Positions 51,601-64,000 of a stretch of DNA of 64,000 nt are shown here, piece after piece. The notes beneath the pieces were generated by a model that worked only from the letters and a program-made list of their open reading frames with translations, made no database searches and was not told where the DNA came from. Source of the stretch: Lama glama (Eukaryota); NCBI GenBank assembly GCA_028534125.1, contig CM052816.1, positions 69,690,001-69,754,000 of the forward strand, given 5' to 3'. The stretch's first letter is position 1. Every line of letters begins with the position of its first letter. The position numbers were made by a program, and so were the translations under genes.

Positions 51601-53989
51601 AAATGAGTAAACAAAACAGTGTAAAGAGAAAACCCTGGTTAGTAATCAGAGCCCGCATTCCCCAGCCCCTAAAACAAGTTCTAGCTCTGGATGATGCCAG
51701 AAAGAGAGAGGTCAGAACTCTACGAGAACTTTTGTTATGAAGAATGTTTGTTTTGTATTTTTAAAAATTTGGATGACCTAGCCCAGTGCTCTGGGTACAA
51801 AGATTGAAGCCATCAGCGCATCTCTCATCATCCACTCACTCGCAGCCATACATGAGCACCTCACTGGGTGGATTTAAAAATGCGATCCACGTGCGCATTT
51901 CACTGCCCACCAGGTGTTGATTAGGACGCACCTTCTTCTCCTCAGATGCCTTCTCACCATTCCTGTTTTGGGGGGTTCCTCCTCTCCTTTCGCTCTTATA
52001 TGAAGTGTTTTTAAAATTATGCCTTGTGCCCGGAGGTCTTTTGGCATTTAACTTAGTTTCTCAGCATTAAACACACACAGACACACACATTATGTCTGAG
52101 TTATTGAAGTTATTTAGCTCCTCTGACACACAGGACAACGTTAGCTGCAGGACTGTCAAATAGAGCTGCTTTTGGAGACAGCAGAACTGAAGCAGGAGGC
52201 CAGTCTCAGCACTTGGCTGTGCCTCAGTGTGGTACTGGAGACTCAATCTCCTGCAGAACTTAACCCTCTCTCTCCTGAGCCTGATGGTGTTTCCGTGTAA
52301 TCTGCACTCCCTGTTTCAAATAGTAAAGGTAGGCAAGGCTCCCAGCATTGTGAACTGCTTTTGAGCTGAAAGAATCTGAAGTAATAGAGGACTTGAACTT
52401 ACATGTCTTCTTTTTACTTATATGTGTGTTTCTCAGAAGGAATGTTCATGAGGAAAGTGATAATATCTTGCTTTAGTGCTAATAAAGTTTTGTGATTTCC
52501 TTTTCTGTATTTCTAAAGATTAAACATTTTTAAAAAATAATAACTTGAGTAACACATGTAAAATGAGAAATCATTGTTATCACTGTACATAAAAAGTAAA
52601 AGAAAACCTGTTAATAACGTATCAGAAAGTTATCCTTAGATCTTTTTTTTTAATAAGACTTCAAGATAAAAATATTTCATCTTTGGCCAAAATCAAATTT
52701 CACTTTAGAGGATATGAAAAGCTAAGTTGGAGAAAGTGGAAATCTGCTGAAAGACAATTTGAATAAGGTGAATATATTCAAATCTAGACATTCTGTTACC
52801 TACACACTAAGGTAGTAAAGAAATTGGCCAAGTTTATTGGAACACCATTGTTTACCTGTTTTAAAACTGCAAGAGGGCTACAGAGGTACTTCAGATTGGA
52901 CAAGAGCTCAAAGTGGACCAATGTTTTAACAGGTAAAATTGTTAGCTGGAAACCACAGACCTGAAGTTGGTGTATCTTTCTGGGGAAAAAAAAATCAGCT
53001 GTAAAACACTCAGAACAGACAAAATCAAGCAAAGCAAAAACAGCCCTAATTAGCAATCTGATTTTCAGAAGGGTAAAATTTTATCTCATTTACCTTTCGA
53101 ATGAGTGATGCACTCACCTGGTACAAACTGCAAAAGGCACGAAAGGGCACACATGGTGAAAAGGGAACCTTTTTGCTCCCCACCTCAGACAATGGCAGTC
53201 TCATTTTAAGTAAGTTTAGGCGAGATAAATGGTCGCATTTTATGAAATCAATAAATGTTGTTCATGTTGCTTGAACAAGCCTTTTTGATTCAGTTCTGCA
53301 CAAGATATTAATTAAAATAGGAACAGTGTGTTCTTAGTCTGTTTTTCAAGCTGTTGGTTGCAATGTGATAAGGGAGTCACATAAAGACTTTTGTGATTTT
53401 TGCGTTGAAAGAAAGAAACCAAATTGAATAGAATACAGCAAAATGTGTTGTGGTAAGAGGACGTGTCGTTTTGTAAAAAATGTTTTCTTGTTATGCACAT
53501 TTATTCACACGCATATACATGTGGACTGGGTCTCAGTATCAAAAAGATCCTCTTATGGTGAATCCTGGTCAAAAAACCTTTTAAATCCTCAGTTTTGCTT
53601 TTATTTCAGTATTTCTGAAATGACTGTTCAGGCACTTTTGAGTACAAAACTATGGAAAGATTCTCATCCAGTGGTATATCTGTGAAATGGCAGCTCTGTT
53701 ACCACTCAGTAACAGTTGTGGAAGAGTGTGTGAACACTAAGACCATCGATGGTACCAGGATTCTGGATTCCTTAGTCTCAGAATGTAAAGGTGTTGTGTG
53801 GGTGCTTGGGAGATGTGCTCTAAATAATCAATGAAATTCTTACAAATGATAAGACAAAATAGTAGGAGGGTCCATTATATCCTCCACCATGAGATGTATT
53901 GGGCAGAAAATAATCTGAGGTCAGACTGGATCCTGTGAACAATTTAGCAATTTGAGTCTTTGAAAACTCAAGATGACAACAAAAGGGCA

Positions 53990-54460
53990 AGTAGCATTTG
54001 ATACCAGAACACACGATGGGGCAGGGGTCTTACCTACCTTCTGCCACGCTCTCCCTGTGTGACATCTAATACTTTGCTTAGCCTCATGGAGCCTCCAATC
54101 CCATATCTGTGTTAAAAACAAACCTACGTTAGAAGTAAAAGCTAGATACCCACATACAGAATTTTAACCGCCCAGCACATTTATTGAATGTCCTCTAAAT
54201 AAAGTTCTACTGAACTCTTTAAAATAAGTTATCACTAAGTGCAAAGGACCGCAGCAGAGAGGCAGTGATACGTAAGGGGTTAACAGCATGGACCTGGAGC
54301 CCAGACCACAGGGCAAGTTTATTCAACCTCACTGGTCCTCAGTTTCTTCTTCTGTAACATGGTAACAGTAAGAGAATTATTTTATAGGTTTCTATGAGTA
54401 TAAGTCTGAAATGAATTAATATGCATGAAGTGCTAAGAATGTTGCCAACACGAGGCAAAG
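53990..54460 (+). mobile_element. Two MIR remnants (~53990-54120 and ~54258-54460)
   Basis: ggagcccagac...gggcaagtttattcaacctc...cctcagtttcttcttctgtaacatgg...aagtgctaagaatg. Confidence 0.7.
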
Positions 54461-57124
54461 TGAGTTTTTTGTACCACCTAAGATCCCCTAAAGGATGGTG
54501 AGGAAGAGTGATCGGTGTGAGTAACTGAAGAAAGGTTGTCTATGAAAGTCCAAAAGTGGGGCTATGGTAAGATTGTGAAGCTAAAGAAAGACGAGCAGAA
54601 AAGGAGAGATTTTTATTCACACTCGTTTATATTGAGTAGAGATTCATTTTGATAGCTCCCTTTGCATTTTTAGGTCTAGAAGTCTGTATGTTTCTCGTGT
54701 CTAAGGTTATTGGCTGACACTGTTTGGTTCCTGAAAGTTTTTTGTATTTGTTTTTGGTGTTTGCATGAAATACACTCATTAGCTGCTTTTTTTCCCCTTA
54801 AATGGGGAGGCAGCACAATAAGGATGTTTCTGAGTTTTAAAAGTTTAGTTCCAGGCCAAAGGCATTATGTGTGTTCTGACTGACATCCCGGTCTCTTTAG
54901 AACAGAATATAAACATCACAGGTGAATTCTTTGGCAGCTTAAACCTGTTTCCATAGCTCAGGCATTGTTTGGGGGAAAACAGTTTGATTTTGAAGGAAAT
55001 TTTCAAAATTCTCAGGCAAGACCTTCAGCACAATCATGGATGTTCAATATGCATTTAAAAATAATTCCTGTATTTATAACAACTCACACTGCTGGAGATG
55101 TCTGGCTCATAAATATAATCAGTTTAAGGATGTGTAGGGTTGTGTGCAGGTACCTATAGTGTTCCTACCTCCTGGGTGGTTCTTGCTAGTATTTGAAGCA
55201 GAGAAATACTGCTTCATTCAGTTATGTGTAGTTATTCCATTACTCCGTCCTCACTGTCACTTTTAGATAAGTCGTCAGTTGTGAAAACCATGTATCCCCT
55301 CCCCAGCCACCATGGTGCTTTGCATTCGTGACTTCCAAAATGGACAAGTTCAGGAACTGTGTCCTGAGGTTGTCCTGGGTGCTCATTTGCCCATTCAGAA
55401 CATGTTTTAAAACCCATGCCCTCTGTCGGAATGCATCAAGTGCAAGCCTAGAGTTTTTTGGTTTGGGGTTTTTTTTTAAACAGATGAAGTCCATTCCAAA
55501 AGCAAGACATTTTCCATTGACCGCTTAGTGCCAGTCCATTTTGTTCAATTATCATTGACCTCAGAAAATGACTATTGGAGGCCTGATTTAAGACTGGTCT
55601 TTGGTCTTTCTTACAAAGCCATATCCGATACCCAGAATCATTTAGTAAGGAGCATAGCGGGAAATTCAGAAACATAGATTCCAGAGCAGCAAGAAGAGAT
55701 CTGTGAGGCAGAGCTTGTCAACTTTGTTGAGGAAATTTGCAAATATATGCATCTGTTAGTGATCAGTGTCCTGACTTAATAGGCAAGTTTAAAATTACTG
55801 ATTACGCTGATGTGCTTCTGATTTCTTTTTGCAAAACAGATGAGTAGTTTTTATTCCAAAATTTGTTCCAAATCCTATTTTTTGGCAGTGTGCTAGGTTT
55901 AGTCACAGTGTGAATAAAGTATGCTTCCCATGTCTTGATTACTCTGCCTAAAATATCTCAACACAGTGTACATTTAGTCCTTGTTAGATTATTATAACTA
56001 ATGGTAAACATCAACAGCTTCTTATTTTAAGGTAATGAAAATGTTGTGACTGAGACTCTTACGACTCTTATGACACCTTGCCAAATTCAGATTCATCTTG
56101 TCACTTCTCCACGGTTTTGAATACCGAATACCTATACTGTTATTCTTCCTTGTTCACTTCCTTTGCCCCTCAATCAGTTGCTCTTCGGATTTGTGTCCCT
56201 CCATTAATATTTAGAGGATAACTGATGTCCCTACTTCATTTTTGGATAAAGGACATCATTGTTAAATTGGCTTTTGCTTTATTCCATGTGTGTCCTGGAT
56301 CTCCCTCTCCTCTTAGTAGCCAAGGACACATTTCTGAGTTCTTTATCTCTGTGCTTGCCAAAATGGGAAAAAGAAAACTGTTCAACCTGGAGTCTTGTGA
56401 GATACTTAACCAATTTAATTCATATTTTTCATAGAAGTGACTTTTTAGCATCCCATAACTCCAACCACGGAAATTGTGAGTGTATAAAGAGTTGTTTGCT
56501 CCTTGTGGCATCTGTCTTGGGTATAGTTATCTGTAATGAACTTGAATCATAGGATATAAATCATATCCTTCTAAAGAGCCTTAAATGAGCCAGCATGAGA
56601 ATCCAGCAACAGTACAAGGTATAACAGTGCTAGAAATCTGAGATGGAAACTTGACTTCAGTTATTTGCCTCTGAACCGCCAGAGGCTGGTAGTTACATTT
56701 GCTCCCCCTGAGAGATAAGCATTTGGGGGTGTTCCCTTAGCCATTTGTTGATGCAAATTAAGCATTGCATGAAGCAGCAGCGGTCAACCCTTAAGAAAAG
56801 TCAGTTGCTGTGTTTCGGTATCTTAGATGCTGGAACAGTAAACTCAAAAAATGCTTTGATGCTCAGATTTAACAAAAAGTTAGAAGGAAATAAAGCCCTT
56901 AAAAACAAACCTAATAGCTGACCACTTATCGTTGTTTTATTAATATGAAGTATTTTTTCTTATACACAAATAGGGAAGAAGTCTTTATTTTTGTAGCCTT
57001 CCATAGAAAGACAAGGTTCGTACTTTCTAGCGTTCTGGGAACCACATAGATTTTATAATTTGGGAAAGATGCAGTTGTAGTCTTCATGGGAAAGTTAAGA
57101 ATTATCTAACTGGGGTGGTATGTT

Positions 57125-57910
57125 GACTTTATAAATGCTTATCGAGTACCTTCAGTGTCCTGAGCGCAAAGTTAGGCTCTTGGATATGAGGAGCTTGTGC
57201 TACAGAGATGAAAAAGATAAAGACTCTCCCCTCAGAAGCGTGTATCATTTATTAAGGTCTACAATGCAAGGCAATGAATAGGGAGAGGGTAGAGTGGTGA
57301 GTGTGGGACCCAAACAGACAAAATACATTTTAGGGGGAAAGGTGATAGACAGGTCTGGCCGCAAAGTTTGCAGGGCCCAGTGGAAAGGCAGATCTGTTTG
57401 TTCAAAGAGCAAGCCAAAAGTGCCATGAAAAGGACTAAAATATAAAGTGTTTTTCCTTTCTTCTGTGAATCTCCTCTGCGCATGCACCTGCTCCATTGTC
57501 CTATCAGACTTCACTTCCGAAACATGAGTCCAAAGATAAAACGAAGCATTTCAAGATGGCGACAACAGAGTATATTAAACTAAGTCCTGAGTGCTTCTGA
57601 GCCTGGGCCCCTTTTGACAGCAGGGCCGTGGCTAGCTGCACAGATCACACACCCACAAAGCCCACCCTGGGTGTAGGTGTGATTACTATGAAATGTACTA
57701 TGTCAGCACTACACCCATGTTCAAGGTAGAGTTTATAGAGAGAAATTAAATACATTTATACAAAGCAAGACAGGTATTTCCGGGTAAGACTGTGTTTTGA
57801 GTTTTTTTGGTTAGGGACAGGGCAGGGAGTTACTGTTTTCCATATGGGAGGAGAGCGCATAGGGTATGAATGACTTGGAGGACGTAGCCGACTTGGAGAA
57901 GTGCAGTGAG
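57125..57910 (-). mobile_element. L2 (antisense) interrupted by MER45B
   Basis: aaatgcttatcgagtacc...gagatgaaaaagataaagactctcccctcagaagc, continuing after 57670. Confidence 0.6.
57350..57669 (-). mobile_element. MER45B-like (hAT-Tip100)
   Basis: caggtctggccgcaaagtttgcagggcccagtg...atttcaagatggcgacaacagag...ctgcacagatcacacacccacaaagcccaccctg. Confidence 0.8.
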
Positions 57911-58199
57911 AAATACACGTTGTAGTGCGTATCCCAGGAGGTCCTGAGTCATGCGTTAAACTTGAGTGGCAAGACTTGCCATCCAGAATCTTGGTATATA
58001 AAAATCTGGGCAGCCGTTTTGGGAGGCTTTTTTCCTCATGGACTGATTTTCTTTTAAAATGGAAATTACATTATCTCTATTTTTGCTTTAGAGGGGCAAT
58101 TAACCAGAGGGGAAGAGTGACTAGTCAGATCCCAGTCGATGTCCCCCAGCAAGGAGTTGGGTTGTGGCAGCATCGCAGTCCTGGTGCAGCTTCTTGCCT

Positions 58200-58400
58200 G
58201 TAGGGTAACGTGGACCAGGAGGGGGGGTGGAACTGGGGTTAAGTCCCTGCTCTCCCACTTAGTAGCTGGGTGACCTTGGGGGTGATATTTAGCCTCCTGG
58301 GTCTCTTTCACTTTTAGGTAATATAAGAATGATCATTGGACTTACCTCGTAGAGCGAGGAGGATTAAATGAATTAATATATGTAAAATGAACTAATATTG
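58200..58400 (+). mobile_element. MIR
   Basis: ctggggttaagtccctgctctcccacttagtagctgggtgaccttggg...gaggattaaatgaattaatatatgtaaa. Confidence 0.85.
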
Positions 58401-59371
58401 TAGAATTTGTTCCTCCATACAGTTATATGTATATTTATATACATACATATATGTCTGTCTCCACATATATTGCAGATGCTGGAAATAATACCTATTCCAT
58501 TCTGCTTCCTACTGCTGCCACTTTCTGCTAACAGTCCCAACATCACTTAGGAGAAACAGTATTCTTAAATAAATACACTCCTGCATCTGTGTAACTTGTG
58601 GCCCAAAACCTTGAGTGGTTCAATCACCTATCAGTTCAAATGTATGCTTGACACTTGGATTCAGGGGATGCATTTGAACCCCATCTGCTTATTTTTTTCT
58701 ACCCAAGGTGTGTTAAAATGTATTGCACATCTTGTTAGTCAGTTGTCACGTTGGCCTCTTCCTTTACTTCAGTTTTAACTCTTCTGACAGGGAGCTGTTT
58801 GTCTTTTCAGTACCAGCCTGACTGACCACCCCAAATGTGCCCCAGTTGTGTGAGAATCCACCCAGGGACTGTTGCAGGCAGGCTTAACGTCTGTTTCATT
58901 TTTTCAGATTACCATCACCACCGCTGCCGCCATGTGTATCTTGATGACCAGAGGAAAGTGTTTTCAAAAGATTGAAAACCCCTACCTTAGATTTGGCATC
59001 CTTGATTGATGTTGGGGATAGATGGTGATGAGAATTTGTAGCACACTCGTTTCTATTCCTTGGCCTGCTCAAACTGCCACCAAACTCAAAAAGAAAGGAG
59101 TATTTGTCGAGTCTCAAGGACCTCAGTCTGCTATGCAGCCCTCATTCCCTTTATGGCCAATTTTCTCATGGACCCACGCAGATAGGAGGTGAAGTTGCTC
59201 CCGCGGAGATCTTTTTCACTGTCAAATCTTACAGCTACTTTTCTCTGGCTGACTTCCTTGACTTCTCTGCTCCTGGTTATTATTTTGAATACCTCTTCTC
59301 TTTCAAAGTTCCTTTCCTTGGTTGATGTTGGTGTGGCACGCAGGCCCCTGCTTCCTTTCCTACACTTCTTT

Positions 59372-59400
59372 TCACTGTCACTGTCACTGTCACTGTCACT
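59372..59400. repeat. (TCACTG)n hexanucleotide tandem repeat
   Basis: tcactgtcactgtcactgtcactgtcact (nearly 5 copies). Confidence 0.95.
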
Positions 59401-59449
59401 CAGCTTTCTTTCCCTCTCTATCCCAGGGGTGTAGACACCTGGCCCCTTA

Positions 59450-59970
59450 ATATCATCATGTTAAATAAACGCATCCTTCTAATTGGAGTTTAACTGTTCT
59501 CGCTCATCTCATGCCATGCCTGCTATTCTGGACACGACATGATTTCTCTCCTGATGGATGCTCTCTTTCTTCTGGATACCAGCTCCATCCCGCATGTCCG
59601 TCCCACCTGTTGGGGCACGCGCAGACATGATGCCTTTCCATTTTGCAACTGCAGCATCTAGTGCAGTGCCTGGAACACAGGCAGCTCAATAAGTGCTTGC
59701 TGACTCCATTGATGAAAGTTGAGTGGCTTCCCACCACTGCTCAGTCAGCTTTCAAGGTTAGTTGATTTTAAATCAAAGACTATTTCATGCCTTCATCTCT
59801 TACATAAATATTCCACTTCTTTTGCATCTCATACTTGTCCTCACATTTCTGCCAGTGTCATCCTTCTAAAACCCAGAGGACTTTTAATCACAGGGCTGCA
59901 TCTCACTCATCTTTACATAACCCGAGTGCTGAACCACAGTGCCTCGTGCACAGTAGCCAGTTAAAGGTAT
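59450..59970 (+). mobile_element. L2 fragments including 3' ends
   Basis: gcatctagtgcagtgcctggaacacaggcagctcaataagtgcttg. Confidence 0.65.
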
Positions 59971-60264
59971 GTTAAACTTAACTGGAGCAGAGCTAAGAAG
60001 GAAGGAAAGAGATGTGAGGGGGTGACAGATTGAAAGGAGGATTAGAAAGATAAAAGGAGAGAAGCTAAAGGGCTGAGGCCAGCCAGTCTGTCTGTAAACA
60101 TTCCATTAGTCTTGGTGTTAGATTGAATGAAAGCTGGTGTTTTTTTACTGATGTCCCTGGATACTTGTTTCCCTCTGGCAAAAAGAGATACATTATTCAA
60201 GATGGGGAAAGCAGGGAGAAAATGGGTTTAGTTCCCCACTCAAAAAAATCTAAGGAAATCTTGT

Positions 60265-60420
60265 TCATAGAACATAGAATTTTGAAGCCAGGAAATGCCA
60301 GAGTAGAGCCCAATTCACAATCTATAGACAAGGAAACTGAGGCCCAGAGGTTAAGTGGCTTAGCAGCTAGCTAATGGGAAAACCAGCAGTAAAACACGAA
60401 TCTCTTTAGTCCTCTTCCAG
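60265..60420 (-). mobile_element. MIR/MIR3
   Basis: catagaattttgaagcc...tatagacaaggaaactgaggcccagaggttaagtggctt. Confidence 0.75.
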
Positions 60421-61789
60421 GACACCCATCCATAAATCTGTTTTCTAGGTGGCCAAGCCCAGTTTTTAAAGTGAAAGATTAGAACTACAATGAGGCTAGG
60501 CATTTTAAAGACCCTTTGTTGATCACAGATTTTTGCAAGGTTCCCATCTGACTCTGTCTAAAGGACGCAGCCTGTTTGGAAATAGATTCCTAGTTTTCCC
60601 TGTCTTTTTTTAAGCAGAGATTTCCACACAACCATCCATGTTTTTATTTTCTTTTTAAAATTGTACTGAGTAGCATAATTGGGAAAACAGACTGCATTGG
60701 AGTCGTTATGGTTAGATAGGAGGCAAGGACCGACCATAAGTCCTGCCTGATGCATCCTTCTCCATCAGCTCCTACCTCCTGTCAAGGTAATGGCTGAAGA
60801 TCTGAGGAGCTGTTGGATTAGATGATCTCTAAAGCTCCTTGCGTTTCTCACCGGCTGCCATGCTATGATTGTATCATCTGTTGCCATTTGGATCTTTATT
60901 GAAAATTCTCAGGTAATGAAGACTGAGAGAAAGAGGAAGAGAAGTGGTGTGGGGGTGTGCTAGGCATCAGGAAGTAAGCGGAACCTTCCATTCAGTTCTG
61001 AAGAGACAGTCAGGAAAGGAGACTTAAGAGAGTAACAGGGAGACTCAGCTCTGTTGGGAGACTTTTGAATGACATGGCCAGACTGGTAAACAAAGGCTGC
61101 GGTTGGCGATGGGTATGTATCAGAAAACGAAAGGACAAGGAATCTGAAGGAGGGAAGTTCAGGCTAGGGAACTCTTCTTAGCTCAGGAAATGAAAAAAGT
61201 CTGCGATTATTGGGAGGAAAGAGGTTATGGGATGTTCATGAAGTCAGTTTACAGTATAAAAGACAGAACTTGGTTGAGTTCAGCAAAAATAATGGCATGA
61301 CAGCATCGGTTGGTCACATGGTCGATGAGAAGTTTATTGTTCACCATCTGGAGGTAGTAATGTTGGAAAGAGATCTTGCTGGACATTGCAGGAGAATACA
61401 AGTCCAGGCTGGTTAAAAAGTTGGTTCGATTTGAGAGTTTTGTTTTTAATTAAAATATTACTTTATTCCAGTCACATTCAGAAAGCAATTTTAGTCAGAA
61501 CTCCACATTCATCTTAAATGTTAGAGTCATGAATAGTAACTATAGCCACTTTTTCAATTAACTTATCATTTTGATCTCAAACGTCAATTTCACTTCTGTC
61601 TAAGTTATTTAGATGCTGTGCTTTTTTAATCCATATATTCAGATGTCACCTGACAGTTTATCCCAGATCACTGCTAGTACCTAGTCACATAATAGACAAT
61701 TTTCCATTTGTTTTCTCAGTATATATTATAATCTCTATAATATAATCACTTAGTGTATTACTCTTTAGTACACTTTTGTGTGTGTGTTA

Positions 61790-62004
61790 TAGTTTATGGT
61801 ATGATTTCTGTACAATAAACTACACATATTTCAAATTTTGATAGATGTATGTATATACCAATGAAACTACCACCACATTCAAGATAGCTAACATTTCCAT
61901 TACTCCCCAAGAGGTGCAAATTTCGAATTCCCAGCTTATCCCTTCCCACCCCTTTTATCCCCTGATAACTATAAGTTTGTTCTCTATGTCTGTGAGTCTG
62001 TTTC
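61790..62004 (-). mobile_element. LINE-1 3' UTR fragments
   Basis: tttgatagatgtatg...ccaccacattcaagatagctaacatttccattactcccc, joined to tgcaaatttcgaattccc...taactataagtttgttctctatgtctgtgagtctgtttc. Confidence 0.75.
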
Positions 62005-62329
62005 AAGCTTTTTTTGAATAGCTGAAATTTCTTTATAATTTGTTTTTATAAGTGTAGGCTCACTTAGTAAACTGTAAGTTATTGGTATATTTCCTTGGCT
62101 CCACCCATGTTAACTGGGTTTTTGTTATCAATTTTGTATTTTAATCAAATAAAACTTACAGCAAAGTTAGCCTGACACACTTGTATGTTCAATCTTGACT
62201 CCCTTAAAGTGCCTTCGCTCACAGAAGGCCTTTGGCGAACTCTGGGATTGAGCCCCCCTGTGCCCCTGAGACCTCAGGTCATGCTGTGATCTATAGCATT
62301 GGCAACACAGTTTTGAAAAGATCCATTGA

Positions 62330-62510
62330 CTTGCAATTTTGACTTTGCCAGCATCTAGCACAGTGTCTGACACATGGCAAACGCTTAATAAATGTTTGTC
62401 GAGCTGCTCAGAACATACGTAAGTTATTCACCATCCTCGAACTTCTGTTTCTTCTCATCAGCAAAAATGGGAAGATGAAAACCTGTCCTGCCCATCTCAC
62501 ATGGTTCTAG
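62330..62510 (+). mobile_element. L2 3' end followed by a MIR core
   Basis: agcatctagcacagtgtctgacacatggcaaacgcttaataaatgtttg; then aagttattcaccatc...tgtttcttctcatcagcaaaaatggg. Confidence 0.7.
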
Positions 62511-63547
62511 CTGTCACACAGGTGGTCTGTTAAGGGTAGGAACTTTGTCTTACTCTTGGTGTATGCCCGTAGCACCAGGAATAGGGCCTGGAGTCATGCA
62601 TCTTTAGCAATTATAATGGAAAGTGATTCGTAAGTGGAAAAGTTCTGGCTTCACAACAGAAATGACCAGGAGGCACAAATGGCAAGCAATTCATTAGCAT
62701 CCCTCTTATACCATGAAATTGAACACTCCTAGAGTCAGCCCATTAGTAAGGAAAGAAAAATGAGGCACATCAGTACATTTTCTGAAGGCATTATTTACAA
62801 ATTCTCAAACAAGAGAACAACCCAGAGATCTCACTAAATGGGGTGGGGTCGGGGTAGGGTAATATTGAGTTTTGACCCTAATAAAGGAAAGCCATGCTTC
62901 TGTGGCCACATCCCTTCCCCAACCCCTTTTGGCAAGTGCTGATGGTGCCCAGTTTGCCTGTCTTCCTTCAGTAATCATTAAAGGGATTACCCTGCATTCA
63001 GTCAGGTCACCCATCGCTCCACCTGCCGTCTTCAGGCCTTGGGGAAAGACGGCAGTATGGCTCAAAAAGTCCTCAAGAAGTAAGCTCTTCTGTTTCTTTA
63101 CAGTTTCCAGCTATTTATTAGTCATTCTTTTTTTGGGGGGGGGTTTCTTCCCCTCTGTTTGAGGGATGATAATGATTATTTCTTTACTGTGTGGCTGTAG
63201 GGATTACATGAGATAAGGAGCATGCAGAACTTCTTATAGGAACCAAAGCATTATTCATATATTATTTGATTTTTTTTTTACCATAGTTATCTCCAGGATG
63301 TAGAAATAGGCAGTAAAACACTTTGATTTCCCTGGGTTATCTAGGAATTTTCAGAAAGGCTGCAGAAAATTTTTCTGCCAAGTCCAATATCCCAGTTGAC
63401 CCTCAAAACTTTTTTTTTTAAGGTAAATACTGGGTAGTACAAATGCTTCTTTTTTTTTTCCCAAGTTACATTTACCTATGATAGAAAATTTTAAGTGTTT
63501 TTCTTACATCTTGTCTTTCCTTCCACCCTGCCTTAAAAAGCATACAT

Positions 63548-63621
63548 ACACCAGAAATTGACACAACATTGTAAACTGACTATACTTCAATAAAAATATA
63601 TTAAAAAAAAAAAAAGAAAAG
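63548..63621 (+). mobile_element. Extremely 5'-truncated young LINE-1 (terminal ~50 nt plus poly-A)
   Basis: acaccagaaattgacacaacattgtaaactgactatacttcaataaaa plus an A-tail. Perfect 12-bp TSD aaaagcatacat (63536-63547 / 63622-63633) at a TT/AAAA site. Confidence 0.9.
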
Positions 63622-64000
63622 AAAAGCATACATCACATAGAATTTGGGGTTAATGAAAAATGCCAAAGGGAGGATGAAGGGAAAATGTATCAGTTTTTCA
63701 GAATATATGATTTGACTTAATCAAATTGCTTTCCTTAACATTTTGCTGTTGCATCAGAAATGCTAATGGGACAGGATTCAAAATGAGGGGGTCACCTTAG
63801 AGATGGAGTCTCTTACAGGAAGGGAGACCTGAGTGGGGTACCACAATAGGGATTTTAAGAGTAGCTGGGAGGCAGGGATGAGGTCAACTAAAAGTATAAG
63901 GGAACTGGCTTTGCTCGTCTTTTGAGATACATTGTTCAGTCTTATCTGCCTGAATGCCCTCCTCTGAGGAGGCCTTTGAGAATTATTGATAAAGTGTGAG

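Noticed and set aside
51901..51920. CTCF-like motifs (also ~56675-56715)
   Set aside because: Several mismatches to the core consensus; not supportable without data.

Overview
Mammalian non-coding genomic DNA, AT-rich, with no CpG island. It is most likely camelid (alpaca/camel): it carries three tRNA-Ala-derived SINEs of the camelid Vic-1 type, all with target-site duplications. I recognise no intact protein-coding gene, RNA gene, CRISPR array or prokaryotic system. The only ORF-track entry I recognise is a LINE-1 ORF1 remnant (42894-43139). The window is a mosaic of old interspersed repeats (MLT1 LTR, MIR, L2, L3/CR1, L1M, MER20/MER33/MER45 hAT elements) and younger lineage-specific SINE/L1 insertions, separated by repeat-poor stretches. 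The antisense bias of the L1 copies suggests a large intron of a + strand gene, which I cannot name. The most interesting lead is speculative: a ~6 kb transposon-free block (~30.9-37.0 kb) whose minus strand contains stop-interrupted frames resembling parvovirus Rep/NS1 (an SF3 helicase-like segment at ~35.8-35.4 kb and a nuclease-like segment at ~33.7-33.2 kb). By hand these similarities are below statistical significance and need a profile search. Repeat family names come from my recall of consensus sequences, and most repeat boundaries are approximate.
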